Below are positions 36,751 through 50,006 of a stretch of 64,000 nt of DNA, piece after piece. Source of the DNA: Chiloscyllium plagiosum. Its lineage: Eukaryota. The notes below the pieces were generated by a model. It was given only the letters and a program-made list of their open reading frames with translations. It did not search any database and had not been told where the DNA came from. Positions within the stretch are counted from its first letter, which is position 1. The number at the start of each line of letters is the position of its first letter. The stretch spans positions 135,311,444 through 135,375,443 of the forward strand of contig NC_057711.1 of assembly GCF_004010195.1 (NCBI RefSeq), read 5' to 3'. The position numbers were made by a program, and so were the translations under genes.

Positions 36751-38194
36751 TGTTCCATTTGTCAAATTCTAGCCACATTACTCAGCGCAGCCTCTCCTTC
36801 ACAGGGGAAGACTTCTAAGAATAGCAGACTACTGCACTGTAGGAGAGCTCTGCTGAGTACAGAAGCAACTGGCAATATGAAGGGGATGTTAACAGCTAGG
36901 AGCCTGCTCAACCTGACGATGCCATTAGATAAATGAGGTCAAACGTCAGGTTTGCCTGATGGCCACCTTGAATGGAACCAAGAAGAGTGTGGTAAATTAA
37001 TTTCTAGCCGTACACATCGTCCTCCACACCCAACAACCTGGAAGGAAACAAAAGCAGTGTGATGTCGACAGCACATCTATATGTGGCAGATCCAATCAAG
37101 CCAGAGGGGAATCACTTTCTTTTGCCATTGTTATGTGCAAAAGTCCCCGCAAGACAACTATAGATACAAGTTGTATTCTAAATTTATTTTATGTTTCGGT
37201 GCCATTTTTACATGAGTAACTGTTGCCATTAAAGCATATTTAATCTGAGTATGACCTTGCAAGTTCAATATTTTTGCGGTTGTTTATTCAAATTAAAAGC
37301 ATCAGAACTATGTTGCTGCTTATAAAATTAATTGTGTAGATAATTTTTACTTGTCTGTTGCACAAGAGATAACAGATCTATCCATCCTAACCAAGACAGG
37401 AAAAGGTTCAATGCATCTTGGCATGTCGCCAACATTAGTGAAACACATCCATCATTGAATAAAGAAGTGCCTCTTTCCTAACCTTTACTGATTGTGACTG
37501 CCATAGCTGGGAGAATCCATGGGTAATAGCCAGAGAAATACCAAAGATGGTATGAACATGAAAGCAAACTAATTGAATTGCTAACGAATACAGAATTTAA
37601 TTGGTCTCTTGACACCTTTGTTGTCTCTGATTTGTCACTCTACTGGTCCAACTTTCAGCATTGCAAGAGCCAAAGTGACCCTTCATTAGAATTTGGGAAA
37701 ACCAAAAGCATTGTCTTTAGGCCCCACTATTCACTAGTCATCAACTAATTTATAAGCTCCATTCCAGATTCTCTTCTTGATCTGTGTTTGAGGATTAACT
37801 GGACCCTTTGCAATCCTGATTGATTAGTGGACCCTGAGCTCAGTTTCTGAATCCATAACCTCCATCACCAACATCATTTCACATACATTTTATTTCTCAC
37901 CTCTTCTCTATCCCAATCCTCCATAAGCCTGAGCCTCTCCAAAACCCAGATATTCACTCTCTAACTTGTAATAAAACTGTTTCACCATGTGCCATTGACC
38001 TTTATTGGTTCCTGATGTCATAATGTCACAATTGCAAAATGTGTCTTCTTCTTACATGTGCTTCTTTACCTCTGTAATCTCCTTCAATCCTTCAATCCTT
38101 ATGACACACTTTTCTCTTTGGAAGTTAATAATCCATTTGGGTGCACAATCAAGATGCATCTTTGCTGATGGTTGAAGGAACGAACCTTTGAAAG

Positions 38195-38735
38195 GCGGTT
38201 TCCACCACAGATGCAACGTAGAAAACATACTGTTCGGGTGCATAATGGCCTGGTACGGCAACTACTCTGTGCGAAACTGTAAGAAACGACAGAAGATTAT
38301 GTGCACAGCCCAGACCATCACAGAAGCCAACCTCCTATCCATGAACTCCCTCTACATTTCTTATTGCTATAGAAAGACTGCCAACATCATCCAAGACCCC
38401 TCCCACCCAGTAATGCCCTCTTCCAACCTCTTCCATCAGGAGGAAGATACAGAAACTTGAACACATGCACCAGCAAGTTCGGGAACAGCCTCTTCCCTGC
38501 TTTAATTAGATTTTTGAATGGACTTTCAAACTTCAAATGCCATTGATCTTGTTAATGTTGATCTGGCTTCACGCGTGTAAATTATATGCCTAATTCTGTC
38601 CAAGTTTTCTTCACCCTATGATCTGTATGTCCTTGCTTACTACGACCTACCTGTACTGCTGACAAAACAAAGCTTTCCACTGTACTTAGGTACACATGAC
38701 AATAAAACAAATCAATTAATCAATCAATTAATCTA
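38195..38735 (+). mobile_element. Rex1/Babar-type LINE 3' end
   Basis: Peptide RCNVENILFGCIMAWYGN..TAQTIT..NIIQDPSHP, then PSGGRYRNL and NSLFP. Tail CACATGACAATAAAACAAATCAATTAATCAATC. Confidence 0.85.
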
Positions 38736-39084
38736 TCAGATTTTGCCACTAGCGCTGCCTATAATGTCACGTGTCATTGTGGTGTGTTGTTTCCACATTG
38801 GATTTCTGTTGCCAAGTCAATGCAGTCACTGGTCGTCATGGTGATGGATGCCAGAACACAGTAGCATCTCTGACTTCTTCCATCATTTGCTTGTGACTCT
38901 CATGTCTGATCATCGATGTCGAAAGCCTTCATATCATACATGCAAGCAACGATAAAGAAGAAATCTGTGGGTGCTACCGAGTTGTCTGGCTCTGGTTCCC
39001 GCACTACACAGGAATTCTTTGTGAATGGGACCATCTTCCAACCTGTAGAGTTTCCACAGGTAATAAAACTGCCTCTAACAAAGG

Positions 39085-39175
39085 CAGAAATGGCTGAAAA
39101 AACTCAGCTGGTATATAACATCTGTGGAGAGAAAGTAGATTTAACATTTCAGGTCCAGTAACCATTCCTCAGAAG
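39085..39175 (-). mobile_element. Short Penelope-like pLTR insertion
   Basis: Homologous to the 1033 and 26765 copies. Ends CCATTCCTCAGAA. TGCCTCT repeats lie nearby on both sides. Confidence 0.65.
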
Positions 39176-39627
39176 TGAGTTGCCTCTTTTTAATGAGTTT
39201 GAATAAATTTGGGATTTATTCCCTCGAGAAGGCTTCCATAGTTTTATTTCTATGATTGGCAGGAGAGTGAAGGAGGAAGGAGTGTTGCTAAAAGCCCCAT
39301 TATGACAAACCCAATAACAAACTAATTAGAGAGAGGGACAGTTGGGAAAGAAGGAAATGTAGGCTGACAAAGCAAGAGGATATGGTAGCATTGCAAAGCA
39401 GCTACCCAGATAACAATAAGTCCCAGAGTGGGACAGGAAGGGACATCAGATACAAACATAGAAAAGCAGCAGTAAAGAGAGTCAAAAGGGCTGTTACAAC
39501 ACTGGAGATAGGCAGCTAAATAAAATCAGCCTCTGTATTTGTAAGACAGTAAAATTAAAATCATTGAAGAGCCCCCAGTAGTTACTCCAATGGTTCCCTA
39601 GCAGACTTTTGAATAACCACCCTCAAG

Positions 39628-39910
39628 CAACTGTCTCTGTGGAATTTATACATTCTCCCTGTGTTTGTGTGGGTTTCCTCCGGCTGCTCCGGTTTCCTCC
39701 CACAGTCCAAAGACATTCAGGTAAGGTGGATTGGCCATGCTAAATTGCCCCGTAGTGTCCAGGGATGTATAGGTTAGCTATGAGAAATGCAGGGTTACAA
39801 GGATAGGGTAGGGGGAATGGGTCTGGGTGCGATGATCTTCTGAGGGTTGGTGTGGATTTTTTGAGCTGAATGGCCTATTTCTATACTGTAGGGATTCTAA
39901 AAAGATTCTA
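39628..39910 (+). mobile_element. HE1-type V-SINE, 5'-truncated
   Basis: V-domain and tail GGGATTCTA are present. Confidence 0.85.
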
Positions 39911-40224
39911 TTAAAAAAACCAATCCCATACTTCGCAAATAATGATTTCTTGACACTGGTTTTGTACCTTAAAGAAAAGACTTAACAATTAATTAAACAC
40001 ACCATAGCTTTAGCAGAGAAAAATTGAACACGGTAATTGAATTGTACATTTTCAACATGAAACATTTTTTTCAGTCTCCATTTACACAAAAGATTGACAG
40101 ACAAACAAAAACAGTTAGGGAATAAATGAAAAGAAATAACAAAACTGACGAGATTACTTAAATTGTTTAACAATGCATTGTCTCACAGGTATAGTTGTGG
40201 ACTCCTACATTGCTTTCCTAGAAA

Positions 40225-40422
40225 CATTGGATTAGGTGGATTAACCCATGCTAAATTATCCATAGTGTCCCGTGATGTGCAGGTTAGGTTGGTTAGCCAT
40301 GGGAAATGGAGAGTTAAAACAGTAGAGTAAGGGGATGGGTCTGGGTGGGATGCTCTTTGGATGGTCAGTATGGTTCAATGGGCCAAATGGACTGCTTCCA
40401 CACTATAGGGATTCCATGATTC
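40225..40422 (+). mobile_element. HE1-type V-SINE, 3' portion
   Basis: CCATGCTAAATT..GATGTGCAGGTTAGG..TTCCACACTATAGGGATTCCATGATTC. Confidence 0.75.
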
Positions 40423-41059
40423 TGTGACCTATGATTGATCAGGGTCACCTTTTCAGTTCAGTCAGGGGCAAGACTCTGAACTCAACTTCCTGCTCTTCTG
40501 GAAGCTGGTGTGCGAGATTAGGCAGGGAGGTTTTAACTCTTCATGTTGTGTCACCAGCATCCAAAAATCTCCCTGGAAAACACATCCCAAGCCCAATAAG
40601 TTCAACTCAGGATCTGCCCTGAGAAACTGATCAGGGTAACTGAAGTCTCAGTTACTACTTATCACCATTGCTTGAGTATAGTGTTTTTTCCAGACTTGCC
40701 AGAACCAATTCCCTGGTACTGTGTTTGTTAATAGCTAACTTCTGCTGTCTGTTTAACCACAATACTGTTCCCAGAGTCGCTGTGTCGGAAGGAACCTTTT
40801 TAATGAAGAATCAGCTGACAATTAAACTCCAGATCTGAGCTCACAAACAAAACTTTGTCTGTTCTGTTCTTTTCCTTTTACTACAAGCTGGCTCATTAAA
40901 GCCCACAGTCATCTTCTGCTCACAATTCCCAGTTCGCATCTCCCAACCAGAATTGACAAAAGAATAAAAATAAAGATAAATCAACAAAGGTTCTAACAGC
41001 AAAAATTGGCAAAAAGGCAAACTTAGTGGATCAATACTTAAATGCGTATGGAATGTTTT

Positions 41060-42500
41060 TCATTCATTCATGGTACATAGGCATTGCTGGCTGGCCAGCA
41101 TTTATTGTCTGTCCCTAATTATCCTTGAGAAGGTAGTGATGAGCTGCCTGCTTGAACTGTTGTAGTCCTTGTGTTGTAGGCTGACCTACAATGCCCTTAG
41201 GGACAGAATGTCAGGCTTTTAACCAAGTGACACTGAAGGAACAGCAATATATTTCCAAGTCAGGATGGTGAGTGACTTGGAGAGGAGCATGTTGATGGTG
41301 GTTTCCCATATATCTACTGACCTTGTCCTTTTAGATAGACGTAGTCATAGGTTTAGAAGAGGCTGGGTTGAGAGTGTGGTGCTAGAAAAGCACAGTAGGT
41401 TAGGCAGCATCTGAAGAGCAGAGAATCGACATTTTGGGCATAAGCACTACATTTGGAATGATGAAGGACTTATGCCCAAAACATTGATTCTCCTGCTCCT
41501 CGGATGCTGCCTGAACTCTGATCTACAGCATCTTTGGTCCTCACTTTCTACCATTTGGGAGATGCTGTCTGAGGATCTTTGGAGAATTTTTGCAGTGCAT
41601 TGTGTAGCTAGCAGACACTCCTGCTACTCAGCACCAGTGCTAGAGGGAGTGAATGTTTGTGGATGTGGTGCCAATCAAGCAGGCTGCTTTGTCCTGCTTC
41701 TTGAGTGTTTTTGGAGCTGTACCCATCTAGTCAAGCAAGGAGTATGCCATCACATTCCTGACTTGTGCCTTTTTAATTGTGGACAGACTTTGGGGAGTTG
41801 GGAGGAGAGTTATTGGCTGTAATATGCCTAGCCTTTGGCCTGCTGTTGTTGTCACTTTGTTTATGTAGTGAGGCCAGTTGAGTTTCTGATTAATGGTAAA
41901 CCCAAGGATGTTGATAGTGGGGAATTCAGTGATGGTAACACCATGGAATGTCAAGAGGTAGTGGTTAGATTGTCTCTAGTTGAAAAAGATCATTGCCTGC
42001 CATTCGTCTACCGTGCATGCTACATGCAACTTGTCAGCTCAAGCCTAGATAATGTCCAAATCTTAATGTACTTAAGTATGGACTATTTCAGTATCAGGGG
42101 AGTCGTGAATGGTGCTGAACATTGTGCAAGCATTGGCGAACCTCCCCACTTCTAACCTTCTAATAGAGGGATGGTCATCGATGAAGCAGCTGAAGATGTT
42201 TGGATCTGGAACACTACCCTGAGGAACTCCCTGCACAGATGCTCTGGAGCAGAGATGACTGACCTCCAACAACCACAACCATTTTCCTATGTGCCAGGTA
42301 TGACTAACCAGTGAAGAGTTTGCCCCTGATAGCCATTGATTCCAGTTTTGCTAGGGCCCCTTGAAACTACACTCAATTGAATGCAGCCTTGATGTCAAGA
42401 GCGGTCACTCTCCCCTCCCCTCCCCTCTGGAATTCAGCTCTTTCATCCACGTTTGAACCAAGGCTGTAATGAGGTCAGGAGCAGAGTAGCCCTAACGGAA
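41060..42500 (-). mobile_element. Non-LTR retrotransposon (CR1/L2-group RT, distinct from HER1)
   Basis: Peptides GVPQGSVPDPNIFSCFIDD..FANACTMF and ILGFTINQKLNW. The 3' end on the minus strand reads ACAATAAATGCTGGCCAGCCAGC..(ATGA)n. Confidence 0.8.
41366..41550. mobile_element. Fold-back Penelope-like mini element
   Basis: Same family as 14593. TGATGAAGGACTTATGCCCAAAACATT lies at the centre. Confidence 0.75.
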
Positions 42501-42516
42501 CCAAACTGGGTATCAC

Positions 42517-43390
42517 AGAGTCACAGGGTCACACGACACGGATTCAGATCCTTCATTTCAACTCATCCATGGCAACTAAGTTTCCTAAAATGAACTAGTC
42601 CCATTTGCCTCATTTGACTCATATCCTTCTAAATCACGGGAGGGAAGTACCTGTCCAAATGTCTTCTAAATGTTGTAATTGAACCAGCCTCCACCACTTC
42701 CTCTGACAGCTCAGTCCATATATGCACCAACCTCCGTGTGAAACATTTTTCCCTCAGGTCCCTTTTAAATCTTTCCCCTCTCACCTTAAATCTATGCCCT
42801 CTAGTTCTGGACTCCCCTACCCTGGGCTATTCACCTTGGCTATTCACCTTATATTAGATTAGATTTATTTATTTATTTATATATTAGATTCCCTACAGTG
42901 TGGAAACAGGCTCTTCGGCCCACCAAGTCCACACCGACTCTCCGAAGAGCAGCCCACCCAGACCCATTCCCCTACATTAACCCCTACACCTAACACTACA
43001 GGCAATTAAGCATGGCCATTTAACATAACCTGCACATCTTTGGACTGTGGGAGGAAACCGGAGCACCCGGAGGAAACCCACGCAGACACGGGGAAAATGT
43101 GCAAACTCCACACAGACAGTTGCCCGAAGTGGGAATTGAACCCGGGTCCCTGGTGCTGTGAGGCAGCAGTGCTAACCACTGAGCCACCGTGCCGCCTCTC
43201 TGCTCCTCATGATTTATCCACCTCTATAATGTCATCCCTCAGCCTCCAGCACTCCAGTCCTTTCCAGTTTCTCCTTCTAACTCAAATCATTCAATCCTGG
43301 CAATATCCCTGGCAACATGTTTCTGTACCTTGTCTGGTTTAGCAGCATCATTCCTGTAGCATGGTGACCAGAATTGTACGCAGCATTCTT
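42517..43390 (-). mobile_element. CR1 3' end interrupted by an HE1 SINE
   Basis: CR1 3' sequence at 42517-42852 resumes at 43197. Confidence 0.8.
42853..43196 (-). mobile_element. HE1-type V-SINE, full length
   Basis: Minus-strand head GGCGGCACGGTGGCTCAGTGGTTAGCACTGCTGCC. Expanded (ATTT)n tail. Confidence 0.92.
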
Positions 43391-45039
43391 ATTAATGGCA
43401 CAAACATTGATTGATAACTAGAGTCTTATAGCATTACACATACATCGTTAAAAGGAGATCAAAGAGCTAAATATTCAAGGATATGTGAATTTTTAAAAGG
43501 ACAGGAAGGAAGGAAAGGCTGGAGTGGTAACGTTGTTGTCAAGGGATGGAATAAATATGATAGCAATAAATGATCTTGGATAGCAAAATGTAGAATCCAT
43601 ATGAGTGGAAGTAAGAGATTAAAAAGGAATGACATTGCTGGTGGAAGTAGTTAATAGGCCCCCTAACAGTAGCCATACAGTAGGACGGAATAAATAGAGG
43701 ACATGTACAAGACAGCACATGAATCTTGGATGATTTTAGTATTCAAGTAAGTTGGGACAGGCCGAGATAGCTGTGAGGCAACATTCAGAATTTAGAACAG
43801 TATCCCAGAAAAATATGTTGTCAATCCAGAAATCAGTCTTTTGTTTAAATCTGGTAAAGCGGTTGGTATAGTAAATGATGTCAGAATCAAGGACCCCCTA
43901 GGGAACAATGACCAGAACATGGTGGAATTTAGCTTTCAGTTTGAGAGAGAGGAACTTGAGTCAAAAACAACGGTGCTAAACTTAAATAAAGGCAAATATT
44001 AAGGAATGAGGGCAAAGCTGGCTGGAGCGAACTGGGAAAGGAGTTTAGTTACAATGCTGCTTCAGAAACAATGGCAGACATTTCAGAAAATAGTTCATGA
44101 TTCACAGCAAAGATATATCCCAGGAAGAAGGATTCTAGGAAGAGGATAAGCCAATGATGAACGTTAGAGAAAGCATCAAACTAAAAGAGGAAAAACATAT
44201 ATTTGGTAAAGATCAGTATGAGAGGATTGGGAACATTTTAAAAACCATCAACAGATGACCAAATAACGAAGTGGGAGAAGTTAAACTTTCAAGTAATGTC
44301 AAGATGTCCAGTGACAACTTCTTTAAATGTATAAAAAGGAAGGAGAAGGCCCTCAGAGAATGAGCTTGGGGAAATAATAATGGGGAGCTCGGAAGTGACA
44401 GAGGCATTCAATAAATATATTACAGTAATAATATTCCAAAATGACTAACCAAAGAAGGGACAAGATGAAGAGAGGAAAAAAAATGATTGCCTCACTCGAT
44501 AAATGCTGGACAGTTAGTGATACCTACATCCTAAAACAAAAAAGAACAGAAAAGGTGTGAGGGAAATGAACAGAACAAAAGGTCTATATGTTCCCTAGAC
44601 CCAAATATGATGCATTTTACTGTATTAAAGAAAACTGCTATAGTAATAATAATGTACTGGTAGTAATCTTTCAAAAATACTTAAATTATGGAAAAGTATT
44701 TTCATATTTTCCAATATGAAAACTGCTAATGTAAAACTTATTTAAAAAAGAAAGAAGATTAAAAAAAGGTTAACTACAGTTCAGTTACCCAGACTGTTAT
44801 TCAGGAAAATGTTAGAGTCTGTTATTAAGCATGTAATAGCAGAGCATTTCGAAATACATAATATGATCAAGTGGATTCAACATGACTTTATGAAGGGGAA
44901 CTTATGCCTGACACATTTAATGGAATTCTTTAAGAAGGTAACAAGCAGAATAGATAAAGGGGAAACATTGGATGGAATATATTTGGATTTTCAGAGCGCG
45001 TCCAATAAGTTGCCACGCATTAGGCTACTTAGTAAGATA

Positions 45040-45305
45040 AATAGAATAGCCTTTGTTGTCACATGCACTCAAATGAGAGCTGTGCAAAGTTTGTAATGGC
45101 GCCACTTTGCACCATCTTAGGTGCAGGGTACCCAGGTATTCGATATCTTAAGCGTTTGTTATAGAATTGGAAGAGTTCAAAAAGAATTGTCTCAAATAGG
45201 AATACAAAGTTTTAAAAAGTACTCCAAATTAGGCAAAATCCAGAATAGGAATAAAAAAGTATCTTTGGAAAATACTTAAATTATAATCCTTTTCACTGAG
45301 TCCGA
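45040..45305 (-). mobile_element. Rex1-tailed non-coding element inserted in CR1
   Basis: Splits the CR1 peptide LLSKI|..HGVGG. The minus strand ends GAGTGCATGTGACAACAAAGGCTATTCTATT and resembles 6690-7142. Confidence 0.55.
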
Positions 45306-45562
45306 GCCATGGTGTTGGAGGTAATTGCAGATTGGTAGAGAACTGACTAAATAGCAGAAGATAGAGTTGGGAAAAAAGGGGACATTTTCCCAATAGTAGG
45401 CTGTGACTAGTTGCAGGCGACAGGGATCGATGTTGTGCACAGTTATTTACAATATATATTAATGACTTGGAAGAGGAAACTGAGTGTTCAAAGTTTGTGA
45501 GAAGATTTGTAAGTCGGGTGCTCGTTGCTGTGGTTCTGTTCGCCGAGCTGGAAGTTTTTGTT

Positions 45563-45602
45563 GCAAACGTTTCGTCCCCTGTCTAGGTGACATCCTCAGT
45601 GC
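45563..45602 (-). ncRNA. Minimal type-I hammerhead ribozyme motif
   Basis: gca-CUGAGGA-u-GUCaCCU-agac-AGGgGAC-GAAA-CG-UU-ugc. Stem I is GCA:UGC. Confidence 0.72.
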
Positions 45603-45916
45603 TTGGGAGCCTCCTGTGAAGTGCTTCTGTGGTGTTTCCTCCGGCATTTATAGTAGCCTGTCCCTGCCGCTTCCGCTTGTCAGTTTCAGCTGTCCGCTGT
45701 AGTGGCCGGTATATTGGGTCCAGGTCTATGTGTTTGTTGATGGAGTTTGTGGATCCACAAACTCATCCACAAACTCCATCAACAATCACATCGACCTGGA
45801 TCCAATATACCGGCCACTACAGCGGACAGCTGAAACTGACAACCGAAAGCGGCATGGACAGGCCACTATAAATGCCGGAGGAAACACCACAGAAGCGCTT
45901 CACAGGAGGCTCCCAA

Positions 45917-45956
45917 GCACTGATGATGTCGCCTAGCCAGGGGACGAAACGTTTGC
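45917..45956 (+). ncRNA. Minimal type-I hammerhead ribozyme motif
   Basis: gca-CUGAUGA-u-GUCgCCU-agcc-AGGgGAC-GAAA-CG-UU-ugc. Confidence 0.72.
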
Positions 45957-48379
45957 AACAAAAACTTCCAGCTCGGCGAACAGAACCACAGCAAACTGAG
46001 TGTACTACCAGCAAGTTTGTGGAAGACATAAAAATTCTGGGAAGGCAAGTGGTGCGGATGTCACAAAGAGTTAGCAGAGGGACAAAGACAGTTAAGCAAG
46101 TGGGCAAAATTTTGGCAGATAGAATATGATGTGGGAAAATGTGAAGGTATCAACTTCTGTAAGAAGAGAAGTTGAATATTATTTAAATGGTGAAGAACAG
46201 CAGGATGTTTTAGAACAGAAGGATTTGGGACTCCTCATACATTAATCATAAAAAAAGAATCATCCAGGTTCAGTGCGTAATAGAGAACAGAGAAGGTAAA
46301 TGGAATGTTGGTCTTTATTCAAAAGAGAGTGGAGTATACATGTATGAAGTCTTGCTGAAACAAAACAAAGCACTGGTCAGAGTACAGCTGTAATATGGTG
46401 AACGTTTTTGTTGCCCTTCTAAGCAAAGATATACTAGCATTGAAGGCAGTCCAGAGAAGGTTCACTAAGCTGATATCAGGTATGGAGGAACTGTCTTACG
46501 AGGAGAAGTTGAGTAGATTGGGCCTGGACTCAATGGAATATAGAGGAATGAGAAGCAATCTTATTGAAACATACAAGATTCTTGGCAGGGTAAATGTTGG
46601 GAGTTTGATATCCCTTGTGGGAGAGTTTAGGTGTGTGGTTGAAAAGAGAATACTTGCCTATTAACTGGAGCAGAGTGTTTAAGAAAAGAGAGGTTAAGCC
46701 GGATCAATATAAAATGTTGGTTCAGTCACACTGAGAGTATTGCACGCAGTTCTGGAATCCACGTTTTGGAAAGGATGTGATTGCACTGGAGAGGGTGCAG
46801 AGCAGATTTCCCAGATTGTTGCCTGGGTTGGAGGGTTTTGGTTATGAAAAGAAATTGGCTAGATGGGAGTTGTTTCCTTTGGAACAGAGGAGACTGAAGG
46901 GAGATGCAGTTGAGTTGTATAAAATTCTGAGGGGCAACGATACAATAGACAGAAAGAAAGTTTTCCCCTTGATGACCAGTGGCAGGTATTTAAGGTAAAA
47001 GGCAGAAGGTTCAGAGGACATGTGAGGAAAAATGTTTTCACCTAGAAGGTGGTGGGAATCAGGAACTCACTGCCTGTAAGAGTGGTGTAGACAGAGACCC
47101 TTCTCACATTTAAGAAGTATGATTAATAGTGGCCGTCTTCTCTCTAGGATGAGAGATTTTAAAACTAGGGAGCCTAAGGTGAGAGGAGAGAGATTTAAAA
47201 AAGACATGAGTGGCATTTTCTTTTACCCAGAGGGTGGTTTGCATGTGGAATAAACTTCCTGAGCAAGTGATGAATGCAGGCGCAGATATAATGTTTAAAA
47301 GACACTTAGATAAGTATTTAAACAGGAAAGGTTTAGAGGGATATGGGCCAAGTGCAGACTAGTTTAGTTTGGGATTATGTTCAGCATGGACTGGTTGGAC
47401 TGAAGGGTCTGTTTTTGTGCTGCGTGAATCTATGACTCTGTAAGTATTTAGTTGTAAACTTGCAAAGTCATGTCATACAAAACTCATGATGAAGTGCAGG
47501 AAAATGGGATTGGAATAGTTAGATGTCTGGTTTTAAATCAGTGCAGACTCAACAGATGAAGGATCCTTTATATGCTGTAGATCTCTTTGACTGTGGGGCA
47601 AAATCTCAGAATAAGGAGTCACACATTTAAGACAGAGATGAGGTGGAATTTCTTCTCTCAGATGGTCATGAGTCTGTGGAATTCTTTATCTCAACAGACT
47701 GTCGAGGCTGGGTCACTAAGTCAAGATAGACAGATTCTTAATCCATAAAGGTTATGGAGAAAGGGTAGGAAACTGGAATTGAGGGTTATCAAGTTATCCC
47801 TGATCTCGTTGAATAATGAAGTAGACTCGATGGGATGAATGGTCTATTTCTGCTCTTATGTCTTATGGTGTTAAACCTGCTGAAAGCTAGAGGATCACAG
47901 GGCAAGTAAACTTTTACAGTTTTCTTAAGTTACCTTGCAAACCAGTCCGAGCAAAACTACTTCTCCAAGTCTGCATACAATGGGCTGATGATAAAATTAT
48001 TGATGATATCAGACAGCTGCATGACCTTGAATGAGACCCTGTGAACATTCCTGTATGTGCCGAAGACAGCATAATTATAGTTGTTTTTCTGTACTTGCAC
48101 AATTTGTTTTTGGTTCTGGTTGTTTGTTACATTGTATAAGAGAGAGAGTTTCATACCAAGTTGTCGGACTTCACCTCGGGTCGTGAACAGTGCCAGGAAT
48201 GAACCTCAGCTCCCAGAGCAGCCATCAATTGAGGGGTCCCTGTTGTGCTGGGGAACACAAGACTTCTTGCTCTCCTTTTCTTTCTTTCTCATCTTTCTTA
48301 GACTGTAGATGGTCATATTTCAATCTTTTTATTTACTTTCTTTTCCTTTTTTTATTATTCGTATTTAAGCAAATTGCTA

Positions 48380-48677
48380 TTAGATTAGATTACTTACAGT
48401 GTGGAGACAGGCCCTTCGGCCCAACAAGTCCACACTGACCCGCCGAAGCGCAACCCACCCAGACCCATTTCCCTCCACCTAAAACTACAGGCAATTTAGA
48501 ATGGCCAATTCACCTAACCTGCACATTTTTGGATTGTGGGAGGAAACCAGAGCAAACATACACAGTTATGGGGAGAATGTGCAAACTCCAGACAGAGAGT
48601 CACCTGAGATGGGAATTGAACCCAGGTCTCTGGCGCTGTGAGGCAGCAGTGCTAACCACTGTGCCACTGTGCCGCCC
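48380..48677 (-). mobile_element. HE1-type V-SINE, full length
   Basis: TTAGATTAGATTACTTACAGTGTGG ... CTAACCACTGTGCCACTGTGCCGCCC on the plus strand. Confidence 0.92.
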
Positions 48678-49199
48678 ATTGTTGAGTCTTCTCTTAACTA
48701 CATTTAACCGAATCTGAAAAGAACCACTTGGATGCACTCTGTGGGTTTCCAATGCCCTGTGATGCTCTCTTCTGCTCCCAGTCATGGACATACTCTCCAC
48801 CCAACCAACTGCGAGGAGGAACACTCCTCATGAATCTCAGGCAGTGCCCTCCTGCTCCATGAATTATCACTTCCATCCAGCACAGAGCTAATGAAACTTT
48901 CTGGATTCCTGTGAAAGATTGAGAAATGAAATAAACCCCAGGTCAATGTCTAAACTGGATGAGGAATCATTTCATTCAACCTGGGTAGATCAGAATCTTC
49001 ACTCTCCATCACAAGCTCTGTTCTTGAGTCACTTATTCACTTCCATTCCCTGTCTGAAGTAATTGCCTGAGGCTGAACCAGACATTCCACAACCTTGGCA
49101 TCACATTCACACCTGACAAGAGCTTCTAAACATAAATCCAGAGGAGACCACCTGTTAAAAAAAGATAATACTTAGAAATGATTAGGACCAAAGACCAAG

Positions 49200-49600
49200 G
49201 GTAATAGGAACAGGAGTAGGTCATGTGATCCCTTGAGCCTGCTCCACCATTCAATAGGATCCAAAATTCTTCACGTCCACTTTCCCAACCTTTCCCCATA
49301 ACCCTTGGGTCAAGAATCTATCTCAGCATTAAATATGCACAAGGGCTCTGCCCCCACAGCTCTCTGTGGCAAGAAGTTCCAAAGCCTCACAACTCTCTGA
49401 GAGAAGAAATTCCTCCTTATCTCAGTCTTAAATTGGTGCCCCTTTAATTTGAGACAATGCTGTCTGGGCCTAGACTCTTCCATGAGGGGAAATGTCCCCT
49501 TAGCATTAACAATGCCCGTAATGAATCATGTATGTTTTATACTGAACCTCCATTTTGAGGTACACAAGATGAGTGAAACCAGAATACTGTATTCGCTGGT
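49200..49600 (-). mobile_element. CR1 3' end
   Basis: ATAGGAACAGGAGTAGG..CCCTTGAGCCTGCTCCACCATTCAAT tail and CTCTGAGAGAAGAAATTCCTCC on the plus strand. Confidence 0.75.
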
Positions 49601-50006
49601 ATGACATTTTTTTCCTTTCTGATACCCACACCATTGCTAAGATCACCTATTTCCCCCTCCTTTACATTGCCACACTACCCCTACTTCTGCTTGTTTGCTG
49701 CAGAAACTCCTTTCCACCCAGAACTAACTGTTCCAAGACCCTTCTGGGCAGGCTTTTTATACTCTGGTCAATTTAAGGTCATCAAAACCCATGCTCACAC
49801 CAAATCCTTTTGACCAATCAGCCCTGTACTTGGGAACAAACTGTCTTTTATGCATCAGCTCAATTTAAAAATTCTTCCTTTCTCTCCAAAACATTCCAAG
49901 GCTTCATCCTTGTCTATTTATGGGATCTACACCAGCCATAAAATCCTACAAGAGATTGACATTTCTCCATATATAGTCTGTTGGTCATCCCCAATTTTGA
50001 CTACTC

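Larger units (their letters stand above)
45488..45992. mobile_element. Penelope-like fold-back element (505 bp)
   Basis: Inverted arms of about 230 bp. 11-bp TSD AAACTGAGTGT at 45477-45487 and 45993-46003. PLE ORF end NSINNHIDLDPIYRPL. A tail of about 32 nt is on the left arm only. Confidence 0.9.
43440..47870 (+). mobile_element. Long degenerate CR1 ORF2 (APE endonuclease + RT) with nested insertions
   Basis: In order: KDR..GKAGV, VNRPPNS, PLGNNDQNMVEF, QHDFMKGNLCLTHLMEFF, IYLDFQ, YINDLEEETECTTSKFVED and LKAVQRRFTKLI. Tail CTTATGTCTTATG at about 47855-47867. Confidence 0.85.

Noticed and set aside
40424-40998. Possible solo LTR (TG...CA ends)
   Set aside because: No TSD and no second copy in the window. 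The evidence is insufficient.
47920-48100. Possible exon on either strand (acceptor-like TTTTACAG on plus; AG..GTAACT on minus)
   Set aside because: No recognisable protein in any frame and no partner exons. It cannot be supported without RNA data.
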